Part shown: in pieces, positions 1 to 9,615 of the stretch
How positions within the stretch are numbered: position 1 is the first letter of the stretch
Layout: every line of letters starts with the position of its first letter
Source: Thermodesulfobacteriota bacterium
GTDB lineage: Bacteria; Desulfobacterota; Binatia; UBA9968; JAJDTQ01
Direction of reading: 5' to 3'
DNA: 64,000 nucleotides
Assembly: GCA_965116635.1 (NCBI GenBank)
Contig: OZ220710.1
Coordinates: forward strand, 3,850,109 to 3,914,108
Translations under genes and position numbers: made by a program
Notes under the pieces: generated by a model
The model's input: only the letters and a program-made list of their open reading frames with translations
Databases searched by the model: none
Told to the model about the DNA's origin: nothing

Positions 1-270
1 GTGCACCAGATCGTGCTGGTGACCTTCCTCCTGGCGGTGTTCTCGGACCTGCCGGTGCAGGTCGCCGACGTCATCCTCATCGAGAGCGCCCTGGTGGCCT
101 GGTCCTGCTCCTCCACCATCGGCCTCTCCGCCATCATGGTGGGCACCGCGACCACCCTGTTCCAGGTCCCCCCGGAAAAGATCATCCTCGGCCCCAACCT
201 CAAGTTCACCGCCATGTTCGCCGCCGCCTCCATCCTGGTGCTGACCGCGGTGAACGCATGGCTGGTGTAG
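1..270 (+). CDS. C-terminal part of an integral membrane protein (truncated at window edge)
   Basis: Hydrophobic ORF with GC3-rich codons, running in from the window start. Confidence 0.6.
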   Translation: MHQIVLVTFLLAVFSDLPVQVADVILIESALVAWSCSSTIGLSAIMVGTATTLFQVPPEKIILGPNLKFTAMFAAASILVLTAVNAWLV

Positions 271-345
271 GCCGGCCCCAACCGTCTGCTCCGTCATGGT
301 CGCGGACCAGGGTGTATTCGCCCGGAGGATGGCGCCCTTCGAATG

Positions 346-559
346 GCGCCCTTCGACTTCGCGCCGCTGACGCGGCGCTACGCTCAGGACGAACGGTTGA
401 AGGAGGCGAATCAAATCTGTTCTTTGTGGTCGCGGCTTTCTGACAAGGGAGGCGAATCAAATCTGTTCTTTGTGGTCGCGGCCTTCTGACAAGGGAGGTG
501 AATCAAACCCGTTCGTCCTGAGCGTAGCGCCGCGTCAGCGGCGCGAAGTCGAAGGGCGC
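346..559. repeat. REP-like inverted pair (346-396, 509-559) with a spacer of 46-bp tandem repeats (about 2.3 copies)
   Basis: 51-bp unit and its reverse complement; GGAGGCGAATCAAATCTG.. recurs at 402, 448 and partly 494. Confidence 0.95.
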
Positions 560-654
560 TGTCTCGCCTTGGCGCAACCCGCCGAATATGGAAGACTACG
601 CGTATGGCGGGCCGGGAGGCGCCGGTCAACGAAGCTGAAGGGATTGAAACCGGC

Positions 655-1089
655 ATGAGCAGTCTGGCGAAGAACACGAAGGCGACGATGATTCCGGGGC
701 TCCGCTACAAGGATGCGCCGGCCGCCATCGACTGGCTGTGCGAGGCGTTCGGCTTCGAGCGGCATCTGGTGGTACCGGGCGAGGGCGGCACCATCGCCCA
801 CGCCCAGCTCGTGTTCGGCAACGGTATGGTAATGCTGGGCTCGGCCCGGGACGACGAGTTCGGGGCGCTCCAGCAGCCCCTGGCGGCGCCCGGCGGGCCG
901 GTGTCCTTGAGCATCTACATCGTGGTTTCGGACGTGGACGCGCACCATGCCAGGTCGGCGGCGGCGGGCGCCGAGATCGTCATGGCTCCCGAAGACCAGG
1001 ACTACGGCGGCCGGCTCTATTGCTGCCGCGACCCGGAAGGCAATCTCTGGAACTTCGGCAGCTACGACCCGTGGGAAGAGACTTCGTAG
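655..1089 (+). CDS. VOC/glyoxalase-bleomycin resistance family protein
   Basis: IPGLRYKDAPAAIDWLCEAFGF, HAQL, YGGR..RDPEGNLWNFG motifs. Confidence 0.9.
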   Translation: MSSLAKNTKATMIPGLRYKDAPAAIDWLCEAFGFERHLVVPGEGGTIAHAQLVFGNGMVMLGSARDDEFGALQQPLAAPGGPVSLSIYIVVSDVDAHHARSAAAGAEIVMAPEDQDYGGRLYCCRDPEGNLWNFGSYDPWEETS

Positions 1090-1109
1090 GGAATCCGGAG
1101 GAGGGCACC

Positions 1110-1592
1110 ATGAACAAGATCGTCAAAACTTTGACAGTCCTTGGCCTTTGTCTCGCGCTGGGCGGGGTGGTGGCGGCGGACCGGGCGCGGGCGGCGGATG
1201 ACGCCGTTTCGGGCCACATGGTGGCGCAGGCCATGCTCACCGCCCATTTCATCGCCGCCGCGGTCAAGGCGGGCATGAGCAAGAACGACATCAATGCGGC
1301 GTTGACCAGGGTGGCCGAGGGGTCGGCCATCTCCGAGTTCTGGATCAGCGACGAGCAGGGGCGCATCGAGTTCACCAACATCCCGGGCACCAGCTTCAAG
1401 TTCCCCACCGACCCGGCCGCCAAGAGCCAGGCGGCGCCCTTCGCCGGGCTGCTCGACGGCAGCAAGACGGTGGTGGTCCAGGGCTTCAAGGCCCGTGAAC
1501 TCGACGCCAAGATGTTCAAGTACGTGGGCGTGGCCGGCGTCGACAAGCGTCGCATCGTCCAGGTGGGCGTGTCCAAGGGGGATGGATCATAA
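1110..1592 (+). CDS. Secreted stand-alone Cache/PDC-like sensor-domain protein
   Basis: GGAGGAGG RBS; signal peptide; EFWISDEQG..KYVGVAGVD..IVQVG resembles chemoreceptor extracellular domains. Confidence 0.65.
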   Translation: MNKIVKTLTVLGLCLALGGVVAADRARAADDAVSGHMVAQAMLTAHFIAAAVKAGMSKNDINAALTRVAEGSAISEFWISDEQGRIEFTNIPGTSFKFPTDPAAKSQAAPFAGLLDGSKTVVVQGFKARELDAKMFKYVGVAGVDKRRIVQVGVSKGDGS

Positions 1593-2476
1593 ACCGCTCA
1601 TTCACATGGCGCCTTCGGGCCGCACTCATCGCGACGGCCCTCATCGCGGCGGTACCGGCCGCAACGTTTGCACAGACCGGCGGCGCCGAGGCCGGCGCCG
1701 GCACGCCGTCCAAGCCGTCGGGCGCTGCCACGGAGGCAGCTTCGCCGCGACCGTGGGGCGCCGCGGCTCTCGATGGTTTCTATCTCCGCGCCGGTTTCGT
1801 CCTTGACGGGTCTCAATCGGCGCGGTTCAAGGACGAGGACTGCTCGAGCATGTCGCCGGGGGCGCTCTACGGCTGCGGCAACGGCAACGACGGCGCGCCG
1901 CTGAGCTCCCTCGGTGATTTCGGAACCAACGCCGGGATCGACCTCGGGCTCGGCTACGTCGCCGCGCGCGCCCTGCGCCTCGAAGCCGCGCTCCAGCACC
2001 ACCCGCGCATCGCCTTCGAGGGTCGCGCCAACTTCAACCAAACCACCGACAGACAGGACGTGGCCGCGAAGCTGTCCGCCACGACCGGCATGCTCGCCGC
2101 CTATGTGGACCTGCCGGCGCTGGGAGTCCCCCGCCTGGGCCCTTTCAGTCCGTTCGCCGGCGTCGGCGCCGGCCTGTCGCGGATCCGTATCAACGACACC
2201 CGCATGGAGTTCCTGAGAACGAGGACCATCGTTCCGGGCGGACGGTGGACGGGTTTGGCATGGATGGCCACCGCGGGGTTGGCGGTGTCTCTGGGGGGAA
2301 AGGTGACGCTGGACCTGGCGTGGCGCTACACGGATTACGGCACCGTGGAAACCGGAAAGGCCACGGGCCGGATCGAGTATCGTGACGGAAGGCCGCCGTT
2401 CCCCCTTCCCCTCGCTCGGACCAGGGCCGACCTGCGGGGCCACGGATTCACGGCATCGCTGCGCTACGCGTTCTGA
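1589..2476 (+). CDS. Opacity/OmpW-like outer-membrane beta-barrel; start apparently ATA at 1589 (track ORF 1850-2476 is the truncated part)
   Basis: Frame open from 1589 encodes a signal peptide (..AALIATALIAAVPAATFAQ) and GFYLRAG; C-terminal LRYAF barrel signature. Confidence 0.75.
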   Translation: MNRSFTWRLRAALIATALIAAVPAATFAQTGGAEAGAGTPSKPSGAATEAASPRPWGAAALDGFYLRAGFVLDGSQSARFKDEDCSSMSPGALYGCGNGNDGAPLSSLGDFGTNAGIDLGLGYVAARALRLEAALQHHPRIAFEGRANFNQTTDRQDVAAKLSATTGMLAAYVDLPALGVPRLGPFSPFAGVGAGLSRIRINDTRMEFLRTRTIVPGGRWTGLAWMATAGLAVSLGGKVTLDLAWRYTDYGTVETGKATGRIEYRDGRPPFPLPLARTRADLRGHGFTASLRYAF

Positions 2477-2538
2477 ACACTCGACCGGAAGGAGACAACC
2501 GGTGAGGGGCCGGTTTTACGAACTACGTGGCGGGGCGG

Positions 2539-2832
2539 TTATCCTGTTTCCCGCGGCTTCGGAAGCCGCAGCAGGATGGTCTTTATGTCGCCCTCAATGG
2601 TCTTGATATCACTTTCGATACGTTTGACCCGCGCTTCGATGCCGTCGAACCGGGCTTCCCACCTGGCATCCATGTGGTCCAACCGATCCGTGAGCACGTC
2701 GATACGACCGTCCAACCGCCGGATCTCCGGTTTGATCTGGACCTGAATCGCCCACAGACTCAACGACGACACCGCCGTCATCACGGTCACCAACGCGGCA
2801 ATCACCCCGGCGTATTCCTTCAATTTCCTCAA
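2539..2832 (-). CDS. Small N-terminal TM plus coiled-coil protein (paralog of 14290-14637)
   Basis: TTG start with GGAGG RBS; KEYAGVI.. and DIKTILLRLP shared with the paralog. Confidence 0.75.
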   Translation of the reverse strand: MRKLKEYAGVIAALVTVMTAVSSLSLWAIQVQIKPEIRRLDGRIDVLTDRLDHMDARWEARFDGIEARVKRIESDIKTIEGDIKTILLRLPKPRETG

Positions 2833-2852
2833 CGACCGTACACCTCCATTGC

Positions 2853-2881
2853 AGTATATGGATAATGTATCGGCCGGTCAA
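2853..2881 (-). promoter_or_regulatory. Sigma70-type promoter TTGACC-N17-TATACT
   Basis: Near-consensus hexamers with 17-nt spacing; the same design precedes the paralog. Confidence 0.75.
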
Positions 2882-2901
2882 AGATTTTCCTTAACGGGGT
2901 T

Positions 2902-3252
2902 TCAGGGTTGGCGCCGCCGCGCCCGGCGGAGGAACGCGTAGATGATCCAGGCCGGGGCGCTGAGGACCAGCGCATAGGCCAGGATCGCCACCGGACCCAG
3001 GAGGCCGGCGAAGAGCGACGCCACCGCGGTGAAGGGCGCCAGCACGGCGAACAGAGCCCACGCGGCAACGGGATACCCTATACTCCGGAGCCTGCGGCAG
3101 GCCCCGGCCAGGGGCAGGCCGCAGGGCGCCACCACCGCCAGCGTGAGCCACGCCTGCGGGTCGGCCAGGAGCGGCAGGTTGCCGCGCAGGACCGCGGCCG
3201 CCACCACGATGCCGGCGGGGAGCCACAACCACGGGAGCAGCCGGAACAACAT
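2902..3252 (-). CDS. Hypothetical membrane protein
   Basis: About 4 hydrophobic segments. Confidence 0.6.
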   Translation of the reverse strand: MLFRLLPWLWLPAGIVVAAAVLRGNLPLLADPQAWLTLAVVAPCGLPLAGACRRLRSIGYPVAAWALFAVLAPFTAVASLFAGLLGPVAILAYALVLSAPAWIIYAFLRRARRRQP

Positions 3253-3262
3253 GCGGGTTCCC

Positions 3263-3700
3263 CTATCCTGGTACGGGAGGGTACGTACCGGCGCAGCTCG
3301 AAGCGGCCATCAGGTAGACGGCGTACTGGTTGAACCGCTTCGCGTACTCGGCGGAGATCTCATGGACCCGTTTGATGGTTTGGGCCGGATCCTCCGACAC
3401 GGCCACCAGCACCACCTTCACCGGCTCGCGCTGCAACTTCCCCGACGGCGGCAACCACTGTCCGTTGGCGTCGAACACGGTCAGCCCCGCCGGGAAACGC
3501 GGAGTGATCTCGCCGGCCAGGAACCGCTGCCACTGGCCCTCCGTGATGGTCTTGTCATCCTTGTCCTTCAACCCGAACAACATACGGTAAACGGTGACCG
3601 GCTCCAACCCCTTGGGACACTCCTGGCTGGCGCCGGCGGCACCAGCCATCACCAGCAACAGAAAAAGAACGCCCATCAATGCCCCCACTCTTGCATTCAT
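3263..3700 (-). CDS. DUF3574 family secreted protein
   Basis: Signal peptide; LFG..ITEGQWQRFLAGEITPRFPAGLTVFDANGQW motif. Confidence 0.8.
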   Translation of the reverse strand: MNARVGALMGVLFLLLVMAGAAGASQECPKGLEPVTVYRMLFGLKDKDDKTITEGQWQRFLAGEITPRFPAGLTVFDANGQWLPPSGKLQREPVKVVLVAVSEDPAQTIKRVHEISAEYAKRFNQYAVYLMAASSCAGTYPPVPG

Positions 3701-3813
3701 AACGGCACCTTTCGTCTTATAAATCATAGTACAAGTTTTGACCCCAAGTGGAACCGGGCAACCACGGCTCCTGCCCGGGAAGCGGCAGCTCTCGCCAGGG
3801 TCATCACCACGAA

Positions 3814-6111
3814 TCAGAAATCCCGACGCCAGCCGGCCAGGAAGGTGGTCTCCGGGCCGGCGGCTTCGCTGTGTCCCGGCCGGTGGCTGTAGACCGCGCC
3901 CAGCCGAAGCTCGCCCCAAGCCAGCGGCCGGTGCCACTCTCCGGCGATATCCATCTGCCGGCCGCTGGGCGCCAGCTCGGCCGCGACCGCGTCGTACAAC
4001 ACCGCGCCCGCCTTGGTGCGGCCGGCCGGCACCGTCAACGACGCCCGACCGCTCTCCACCCGCAACGGCTGCGACACCGAGAACCGCAACGCGCCGGAAC
4101 CGGCCAGCGCCCGGGTGGCATGAAGCGCGAACGCGCTGGTGGCGAGCGAGGACACCCGGGTCACGAATCCGCCGCGGGCCGCCGGGGTGACCATCCCGAG
4201 CTCCGCGTTGGCGCCGATCCGCCACCGGCCCAGGTCGGTGCCCGCGTCCACGCCCACGAAGGCGGTGTCGCCCGCGAGGTCGCCGAACGCGCCCTGGCCG
4301 ACGCTCCCCAACAGGGTCTCGCGCTCGCCGATCCAGCCGGCCCGGACGCCCAGCGGCAACCCGGCCCGGCGCCAGCTCACCGCGGCGCCGACAGCGGGCT
4401 TCCGGGCGGCATCGCCCTTGGTGGTGAAGGCCGCGGCGGAGAGGCCTCCCTGGCCCGCCAGGGTGGCCTTCACGCCACCCTCGGCCAGGGCGAGATGGCT
4501 TCCACGCACCTCCGCCGTCGTCTCCACGCGGGCGATGTGCAGGGTCACGGGGACCTCGTTGGAGTCCGACCCGGCCTTGCCCATGGCGCCGGCGCCCGCC
4601 GGCCCGGCCCACCCGGGCTCCGCCGCCAGGAAACCCCGCAGCCGCGCCGCCACCGGCATCCCCCTGGCGGCGGGCGCAAAGCGACCCAGGCCGTACCAGA
4701 ACGGCGCTCCGAGATCGTCCAGGGCCATGATCTGCCGCGACGCCAGCGACTGCTGGAGCCCGTCCCCGAAGGCCGTGCCCGACTGGAACCCGGTGGACGG
4801 CAGGCTGAAGCCGTTCTGTCCGACAGTCCCGCCAACCGGCAACTCCAGCACCCCCACCGGCGAGGTGGCGGCGCCAAGGTCCATCGAACCATGGCCGTAG
4901 ATGGCCGAGTCCTCATAGGGGCCGGTCCTGTCGGCGGTTGCCAACAGCCGCGTCACCAAATCCGTGTTGGACAACTGGTGGCGGAAGAGCTGCTTCATGA
5001 TCGCCAGCCCGCCGGCCACCATGGGCGCTGCATAAGACGTACCTTCGCCGGTGCCGAACCCCCGGACGACCTCACCTCGATGCGGGCCGAAATAGGCAAG
5101 CCGGACGTCCGCGCCGGGCGCCGCGATGCAGTAGTCGGCGGCGGTGCCGCAGCGATTGGAGAAGGAGGCAATACGCCCGTCGGCCGGGTCCAACGCCACC
5201 ACCGCGAGGGTATGCCCCCGGAGCTCCTCGATGAACGTGGGCAGGCCCGCCAAAATGTTGGGCGAGACCGCATTGAGCGCCTCGTACCGGCAGTAGTCCG
5301 AGGTCGATGGATCGCACTCGTCGCCGTGAGCGTTGCCCGCCGCCCAAACGAGGATAGTCTTCTCCTCGGCGTCCGCCTGGGCCAGGGCAGCGAGGGTGGC
5401 GCCATAGTAGTCGCGGAGCTCCTGTTCGGTGTAGCGGTCGATCAGGCCCTGGTAACCGAAGCTCAGGTTCAGGATATCGACCTTCCGGGCCCCGTCCCGC
5501 CAGGACAAGGCCTGCTCAAACAACGCGGCGTCCTCGGCGTCGACGGTGGCCAGAGCCTCCACCACTACCGGATTGTAGGGGCCGCCGCCCGAGCCCAGGG
5601 GAAGGGAGAACATGGCGATGTCCGCGCCCCAGGCCACGCCGTAGCCGGCGGTGACAGGATCCGGCAGACGCACGCCGGCGGCTATGCTCGCCACCGCGGT
5701 ACCGTGGGAGTGACCGTCGAGGCCGGTCTCGTCAACCGCGCCCGGCGTGAACTCCTCGGTCACGGTCTTCCCCGCGAAGGCGTGGTGGTCCAGGTCGATG
5801 CCGGTGTCGATGAATCCGATGGTCACCCCGGCGCCGGGCGCGGCGTCCTCGCCCTCGAGCAGCGCGAGGTTGCTGTAGGCCACGTCCGCCTTGATGTGAT
5901 CCAGGCCCCACTGGTTCTGGAAGTCGACGTCCGACCGGTACCCGTCCACGAGTTCCGCCGCCGACTCCGCGAATGCCTCCGGCGTCACGCAGTCACCGTC
6001 GTCGACCGTGATGCACTCTACGGTACGCGAACCGCCTCCGCCTACGCCACAGCCGCCGAGAGCGACTGTCAAGAAAATGACAGCCGAACCAAAGACCAGC
6101 CGGTTGTTCAT
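3814..6111 (-). CDS. S8 (subtilisin-like) serine peptidase lipoprotein with C-terminal beta-barrel-like domain
   Basis: Lipobox LGGC; catalytic FIDTG, HGT, AAGN, GTSYAAP; ends WRRDF. Confidence 0.9.
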   Translation of the reverse strand: MNNRLVFGSAVIFLTVALGGCGVGGGGSRTVECITVDDGDCVTPEAFAESAAELVDGYRSDVDFQNQWGLDHIKADVAYSNLALLEGEDAAPGAGVTIGFIDTGIDLDHHAFAGKTVTEEFTPGAVDETGLDGHSHGTAVASIAAGVRLPDPVTAGYGVAWGADIAMFSLPLGSGGGPYNPVVVEALATVDAEDAALFEQALSWRDGARKVDILNLSFGYQGLIDRYTEQELRDYYGATLAALAQADAEEKTILVWAAGNAHGDECDPSTSDYCRYEALNAVSPNILAGLPTFIEELRGHTLAVVALDPADGRIASFSNRCGTAADYCIAAPGADVRLAYFGPHRGEVVRGFGTGEGTSYAAPMVAGGLAIMKQLFRHQLSNTDLVTRLLATADRTGPYEDSAIYGHGSMDLGAATSPVGVLELPVGGTVGQNGFSLPSTGFQSGTAFGDGLQQSLASRQIMALDDLGAPFWYGLGRFAPAARGMPVAARLRGFLAAEPGWAGPAGAGAMGKAGSDSNEVPVTLHIARVETTAEVRGSHLALAEGGVKATLAGQGGLSAAAFTTKGDAARKPAVGAAVSWRRAGLPLGVRAGWIGERETLLGSVGQGAFGDLAGDTAFVGVDAGTDLGRWRIGANAELGMVTPAARGGFVTRVSSLATSAFALHATRALAGSGALRFSVSQPLRVESGRASLTVPAGRTKAGAVLYDAVAAELAPSGRQMDIAGEWHRPLAWGELRLGAVYSHRPGHSEAAGPETTFLAGWRRDF

Positions 6112-6270
6112 GATGACACCTGCCCTTTAGGTGAAATTGAGAGAATTGTCGGAAGCCGTGGGGTAACCCGATACTATGGAATCGTAGGGCGGTAAAGGGG
6201 AATTTATCGAAATTTCGGCAAAATCGTTACCAATACGTCACACAAGCGTCACAATAGCGATATTCATTGG

Positions 6271-8823
6271 TCAGAACTCCCAGCGCCAGCCGGCGAGGAA
6301 CACGAGCTCCGGAGCCGCGGTCCGGCGGTGACCGGGCCGGAGGCTCAGGACCGTGCCCAGGCGCAATGCGCCGCCTGCCAGCGGCCGGTGCCACTGCCCC
6401 GAGATGTCCATCTGCCGGCCGCTGGGCGCCAGCTCCGCCGGCACCGAGCTGTACAACACCGCGCCCTGCTTCGTCCGGGCGGCCGGTACGGTGAAAGAGG
6501 CCCGGCCGCGCTCGACCCGCAGCGGCTGGGCCACGGACAGGCGCAACGCGCCGGAGCCGGGCAGCGCCCTGGCGGCGTGGAGCGCGAAGGCGCTGGTGGC
6601 AAGCGGGGAGATTCCGGCGACGATTCCGCGTCCCGGATCGGGAGCGACGATTCCCAACTCTGCGGTGGCGCCGATACGCCAACCGGCCAGGTCCGCGTGC
6701 GCGTCCACACCGAGGAAGGACGTGTCGGCCGCGAGAGCGCCGAAGGCTCCTTCGCCGATGCTGCCGAGAAGCGTTCCGGGCTCGCCGATCCAGCCGGCCC
6801 GGAGACCCAGGAGCGAGCCCGGCCGCCGCCAGCTCAGGGCCGCGCCGATGGCGGGCGCCCGGTCCGCGATCCCCTTGGTGGTGAAGGCGGCGGCGGACAG
6901 GCCGCCCGGCCCGGCCAAGGTGGCCTTCACACCCCCCTCTGCCAGGGCCAGGTGGCTGCCCAGGAGGTCGGCCGGGCTCTCCAGACGGGCGGCATGGAGG
7001 CTCACCGGAGCCTTTCCCACGTCCTCCGCGGCCCTGCCCCAAACGGATTCCGCCGGCCCGGGAGCCACAAAGCCCCGCAGCCGCGCCGTCACGGACGGCC
7101 CGACGGCGACCGCGGCAATTTGCCCCAGGCGGTACCAAAACGGGGCTCCAAGCTCGTCCAGCGCCATGAGCTCACGCCCCGAGAGCGAGCGCCGCAGGCC
7201 GTCCCCGAGAGCTGTTCCCGGCCGGAAACCGGTGAACGGCAGCCGGACGCCGCCCGGCGACCCGTTCATGACCGGAACATCCAGGACGCCCACGGGCGAG
7301 GTAGCCGCGCCGAGGTCCATGGCGCCCTGGCCGTAGATGGCCGAGTCGGCGTAAATGCCGCCCTTGTCCGCCGTCGCATACAGCCGGGTCACCAGCTCGG
7401 TGTTCGACAACTGGTCGCGGAAGAGCTGCTTCATCAGCGCCAGCCCGCCCGCCACCATGGGCGCGGCGTAGGACGTTCCGCGGACACCGGAGGCGTAACC
7501 GTGAATCACCTCTTTGGTATCCGGATCCGGTCCGAAATAGGCCACCGCCATGTTTTGACCGGGCGCGGCGATGCAGTAGTCGGCGGCGATGCCGCAGCGA
7601 TTGGAGAACGAGGCGATCCGTCCGCCGCTCTCTTGCAACGCCACCACGGCAAGGGTGTGACCCCGGAGTTCCGGGATGCGGGCGGCCAGACCCGGCTCCA
7701 CCTGGACCGAAACCGCGTTGATCTTGCCGTCCTCGCAATTGGGGGTCGGCGAGCTGCAAGATCTGCCGTGGGCGTTCCCCGCCGACCTTACGATAAGGGT
7801 CTTTTCGCTGGCGCCGGCCTGGGCCACGGCGGCGATGGTAGCGTCAAGATTCTGACGAAGTTCCTGTGTCGTGTAGTTGTCGATGATGCCGCTGTAGCCG
7901 ACGCTGAGGTTCAGGATGTCCACTTTCCGGGCGCCGTCCCGCCAATCCAGAACCGTGTTGAACTGCGCCGCCGTCCGGTCGTCGACCAGGTCCAGTCCGG
8001 CGAGCGAGACGGGAGTGTAGTCTCCGCCCCCCGAACCCAACGGGATGCCGAACATGGCGATGTCCGCACCCCACGCCACGCCCCACGCGGCGTGGGACGA
8101 CGTGACTTTCCCCGCGGCCGCTACGCTCGCCACCGCGGTGCCGTGGGAAAATTGGTTGCCGGTCTCGTCGGAGGCTCCGGACAGGAACTGCTCGGTCACG
8201 GTCTTCCCGGAGAACACCGGGTGGTCCTTGTCGATGCCGCTGTCCACGAAACCGATGGTGACGCCGGAGCCGGGAGTCGCGCTCCCGCCCTTCAGCAACT
8301 CCAGGTTGGCGTAGGCCAGGCCCGCCTCGCTGTGCTCCAGGCCCCATTGGTTCTCGAAGCCGATCTCCTGAGTGTAGTCGTCGACGAGCTGTTCCGCTGA
8401 CTCCTCGAAAGCCTGCTCCGTGAGACAGCCTCCGCCGTGGATGGGGATGCAGGTAGCAGGTGGTGGCGGCGGTGGCGGTGGCGGTGGTGGCGGTGGCGGC
8501 GGTGGTGGCGGTGGTGGTGGTGGTGGTGGTGGTGGCGGAGGTGGCGGTGGTGGTGGTGGAGGTGGCGGTGGTGGCGGTGGCGGCGGTGGTGGCGGTGGCG
8601 TCGGTGGTGGCGGTGGTGGCGGTGGCGGCGGTGGTGGCGGTGGCGGCGGTGGTGGCGGTGGCGGCGGTGGTGGCGGTGGCGGCGGTGGTGGCGGTGGCGT
8701 CGGTGGTGGCGGTGGCGTCTGCTCCTCTACCTCGGGAACACTGCCGCCGCTTCCGCCCCCACAACCGGCGAGAGCGAACAGCAAGACAAGACCGATAAGA
8801 CAAGCCAGGGCCGGACCACGCAC
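6271..8823 (-). CDS. S8 serine peptidase lipoprotein paralog with poly-proline linker
   Basis: Lipobox LAGC; FVDSG, HGT, SAGN, GTSYAAP; ends WRWEF; GTG start. Confidence 0.9.
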   Translation of the reverse strand: MRGPALACLIGLVLLFALAGCGGGSGGSVPEVEEQTPPPPPTPPPPPPPPPPPPPPPPPPPPPPPPPPPPPPPPTPPPPPPPPPPPPPPPPPPPPPPPPPPPPPPPPPPPPPPPPPPPPPPPATCIPIHGGGCLTEQAFEESAEQLVDDYTQEIGFENQWGLEHSEAGLAYANLELLKGGSATPGSGVTIGFVDSGIDKDHPVFSGKTVTEQFLSGASDETGNQFSHGTAVASVAAAGKVTSSHAAWGVAWGADIAMFGIPLGSGGGDYTPVSLAGLDLVDDRTAAQFNTVLDWRDGARKVDILNLSVGYSGIIDNYTTQELRQNLDATIAAVAQAGASEKTLIVRSAGNAHGRSCSSPTPNCEDGKINAVSVQVEPGLAARIPELRGHTLAVVALQESGGRIASFSNRCGIAADYCIAAPGQNMAVAYFGPDPDTKEVIHGYASGVRGTSYAAPMVAGGLALMKQLFRDQLSNTELVTRLYATADKGGIYADSAIYGQGAMDLGAATSPVGVLDVPVMNGSPGGVRLPFTGFRPGTALGDGLRRSLSGRELMALDELGAPFWYRLGQIAAVAVGPSVTARLRGFVAPGPAESVWGRAAEDVGKAPVSLHAARLESPADLLGSHLALAEGGVKATLAGPGGLSAAAFTTKGIADRAPAIGAALSWRRPGSLLGLRAGWIGEPGTLLGSIGEGAFGALAADTSFLGVDAHADLAGWRIGATAELGIVAPDPGRGIVAGISPLATSAFALHAARALPGSGALRLSVAQPLRVERGRASFTVPAARTKQGAVLYSSVPAELAPSGRQMDISGQWHRPLAGGALRLGTVLSLRPGHRRTAAPELVFLAGWRWEF
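8459..8716. repeat. (GGT/GGC)n trinucleotide tract encoding about 85 prolines
   Basis: Directly visible simple repeat. Confidence 0.95.
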
Positions 8824-8922
8824 GGGTTCTCCAATCCGGTGATGATTTTACCGGATCATATGAAAACGTAAATAGGGAAATCGGGATAACCCGAAATGGA
8901 GTTGGGACTATTCCGGGATGCG

Positions 8923-9396
8923 TTATCGACCCGCGGCCAGTGGCGTCCAGCGGGAGAAGGTCGCGGCCTGGCCCCGTTTGGTTCCCAGCTCGTCCACCAC
9001 GTTCCACACCGTGGCCTGCTCCACGAGGAAACGCCGGCCCGTTCGCGAAATGCGCACCCCCCGGTAGTCGGTGACGAAGCCGTGGGCGGCCACCCGCTCG
9101 AGCACCCGGGCCCGCTCCTCGCGGTTCACGGGTTCGGCGGTCAGCCGGGAGGGCGTCGCGGTGAACTCCGCCCAGGTCATCTCCCACAGGTCCAGGGCCT
9201 GCCGGTTGCCGTAGTTGAGGATGGGGTCTTCGGAGTCGGCGTGGGACACCACCACGAAGGGCGCCTGGAAGAGGCGTTCGCTCTGGGCCTCGACGTCGCC
9301 GCTACGGTCGATGAGCTCCCGCTTCAGCCAAAGAGCGTGGCTGTCCAGCAACCACTGGATCCACTCGGGGTCCACGAGGGGTGGGGGCTTGGGCAT
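8923..9396 (-). CDS. MEKHLA domain protein
   Basis: LFQAPFVVVSH..DPILNYGN..PSRLTAE..YRGVRISRTGRRF..ATVWN. Confidence 0.85.
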   Translation of the reverse strand: MPKPPPLVDPEWIQWLLDSHALWLKRELIDRSGDVEAQSERLFQAPFVVVSHADSEDPILNYGNRQALDLWEMTWAEFTATPSRLTAEPVNREERARVLERVAAHGFVTDYRGVRISRTGRRFLVEQATVWNVVDELGTKRGQAATFSRWTPLAAGR

Positions 9397-9420
9397 CGGT
9401 GGATGGTGCTTTGGAAGATT

Positions 9421-9607
9421 GCGCCCTTCGACTTCGCTCGCCTGCGGCTCGCTACGCTCAGGACGAACGGGGGAAGTTCCCGAGCCAGGTCATACGCAGG
9501 TCATACGCTGGCCGCTGACCCAACTGTTCGTCCGAAACGTAGCGTGGTTCCCAAAAACCGTTCGTCCTGAGCGTAGCGAGCCGCAGGCGAGCGAAGTCGA
9601 AGGGCGC
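9421..9607. repeat. REP-like inverted pair, variant centre (9421-9470, 9558-9607)
   Basis: Conserved ends with centre TCGCCTGCGGCTC. Confidence 0.9.
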
Positions 9608-9615
9608 AAACTCAT

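Noticed and set aside
346..559. REP pairs as integron attC sites
   Set aside because: No integron integrase or GTTRRRY/RYYYAAC boxes; copies are dispersed among core genes and inside polA
206..677. ORFs containing ALRLRAADAALRSGRT / [17 protein letters not shown] / MAPFDFAPL (also near 16.9, 21.5, 26.1, 30.4, 37.7 and 56.4 kb)
   Set aside because: Translations of the REP in different frames, not genes
3748..6195. Long antisense or alternate-frame ORFs (e.g. 3748-6195, 6328-8400, 17001-18821, 50506-52986, 57270-60110, 57742-61260)
   Set aside because: Shadow ORFs typical of high-GC DNA overlapping well-supported genes
8420..8871. Poly-Gly, Trp/Arg and Val/Ala ORFs
   Set aside because: Antisense frames of the poly-Pro tract
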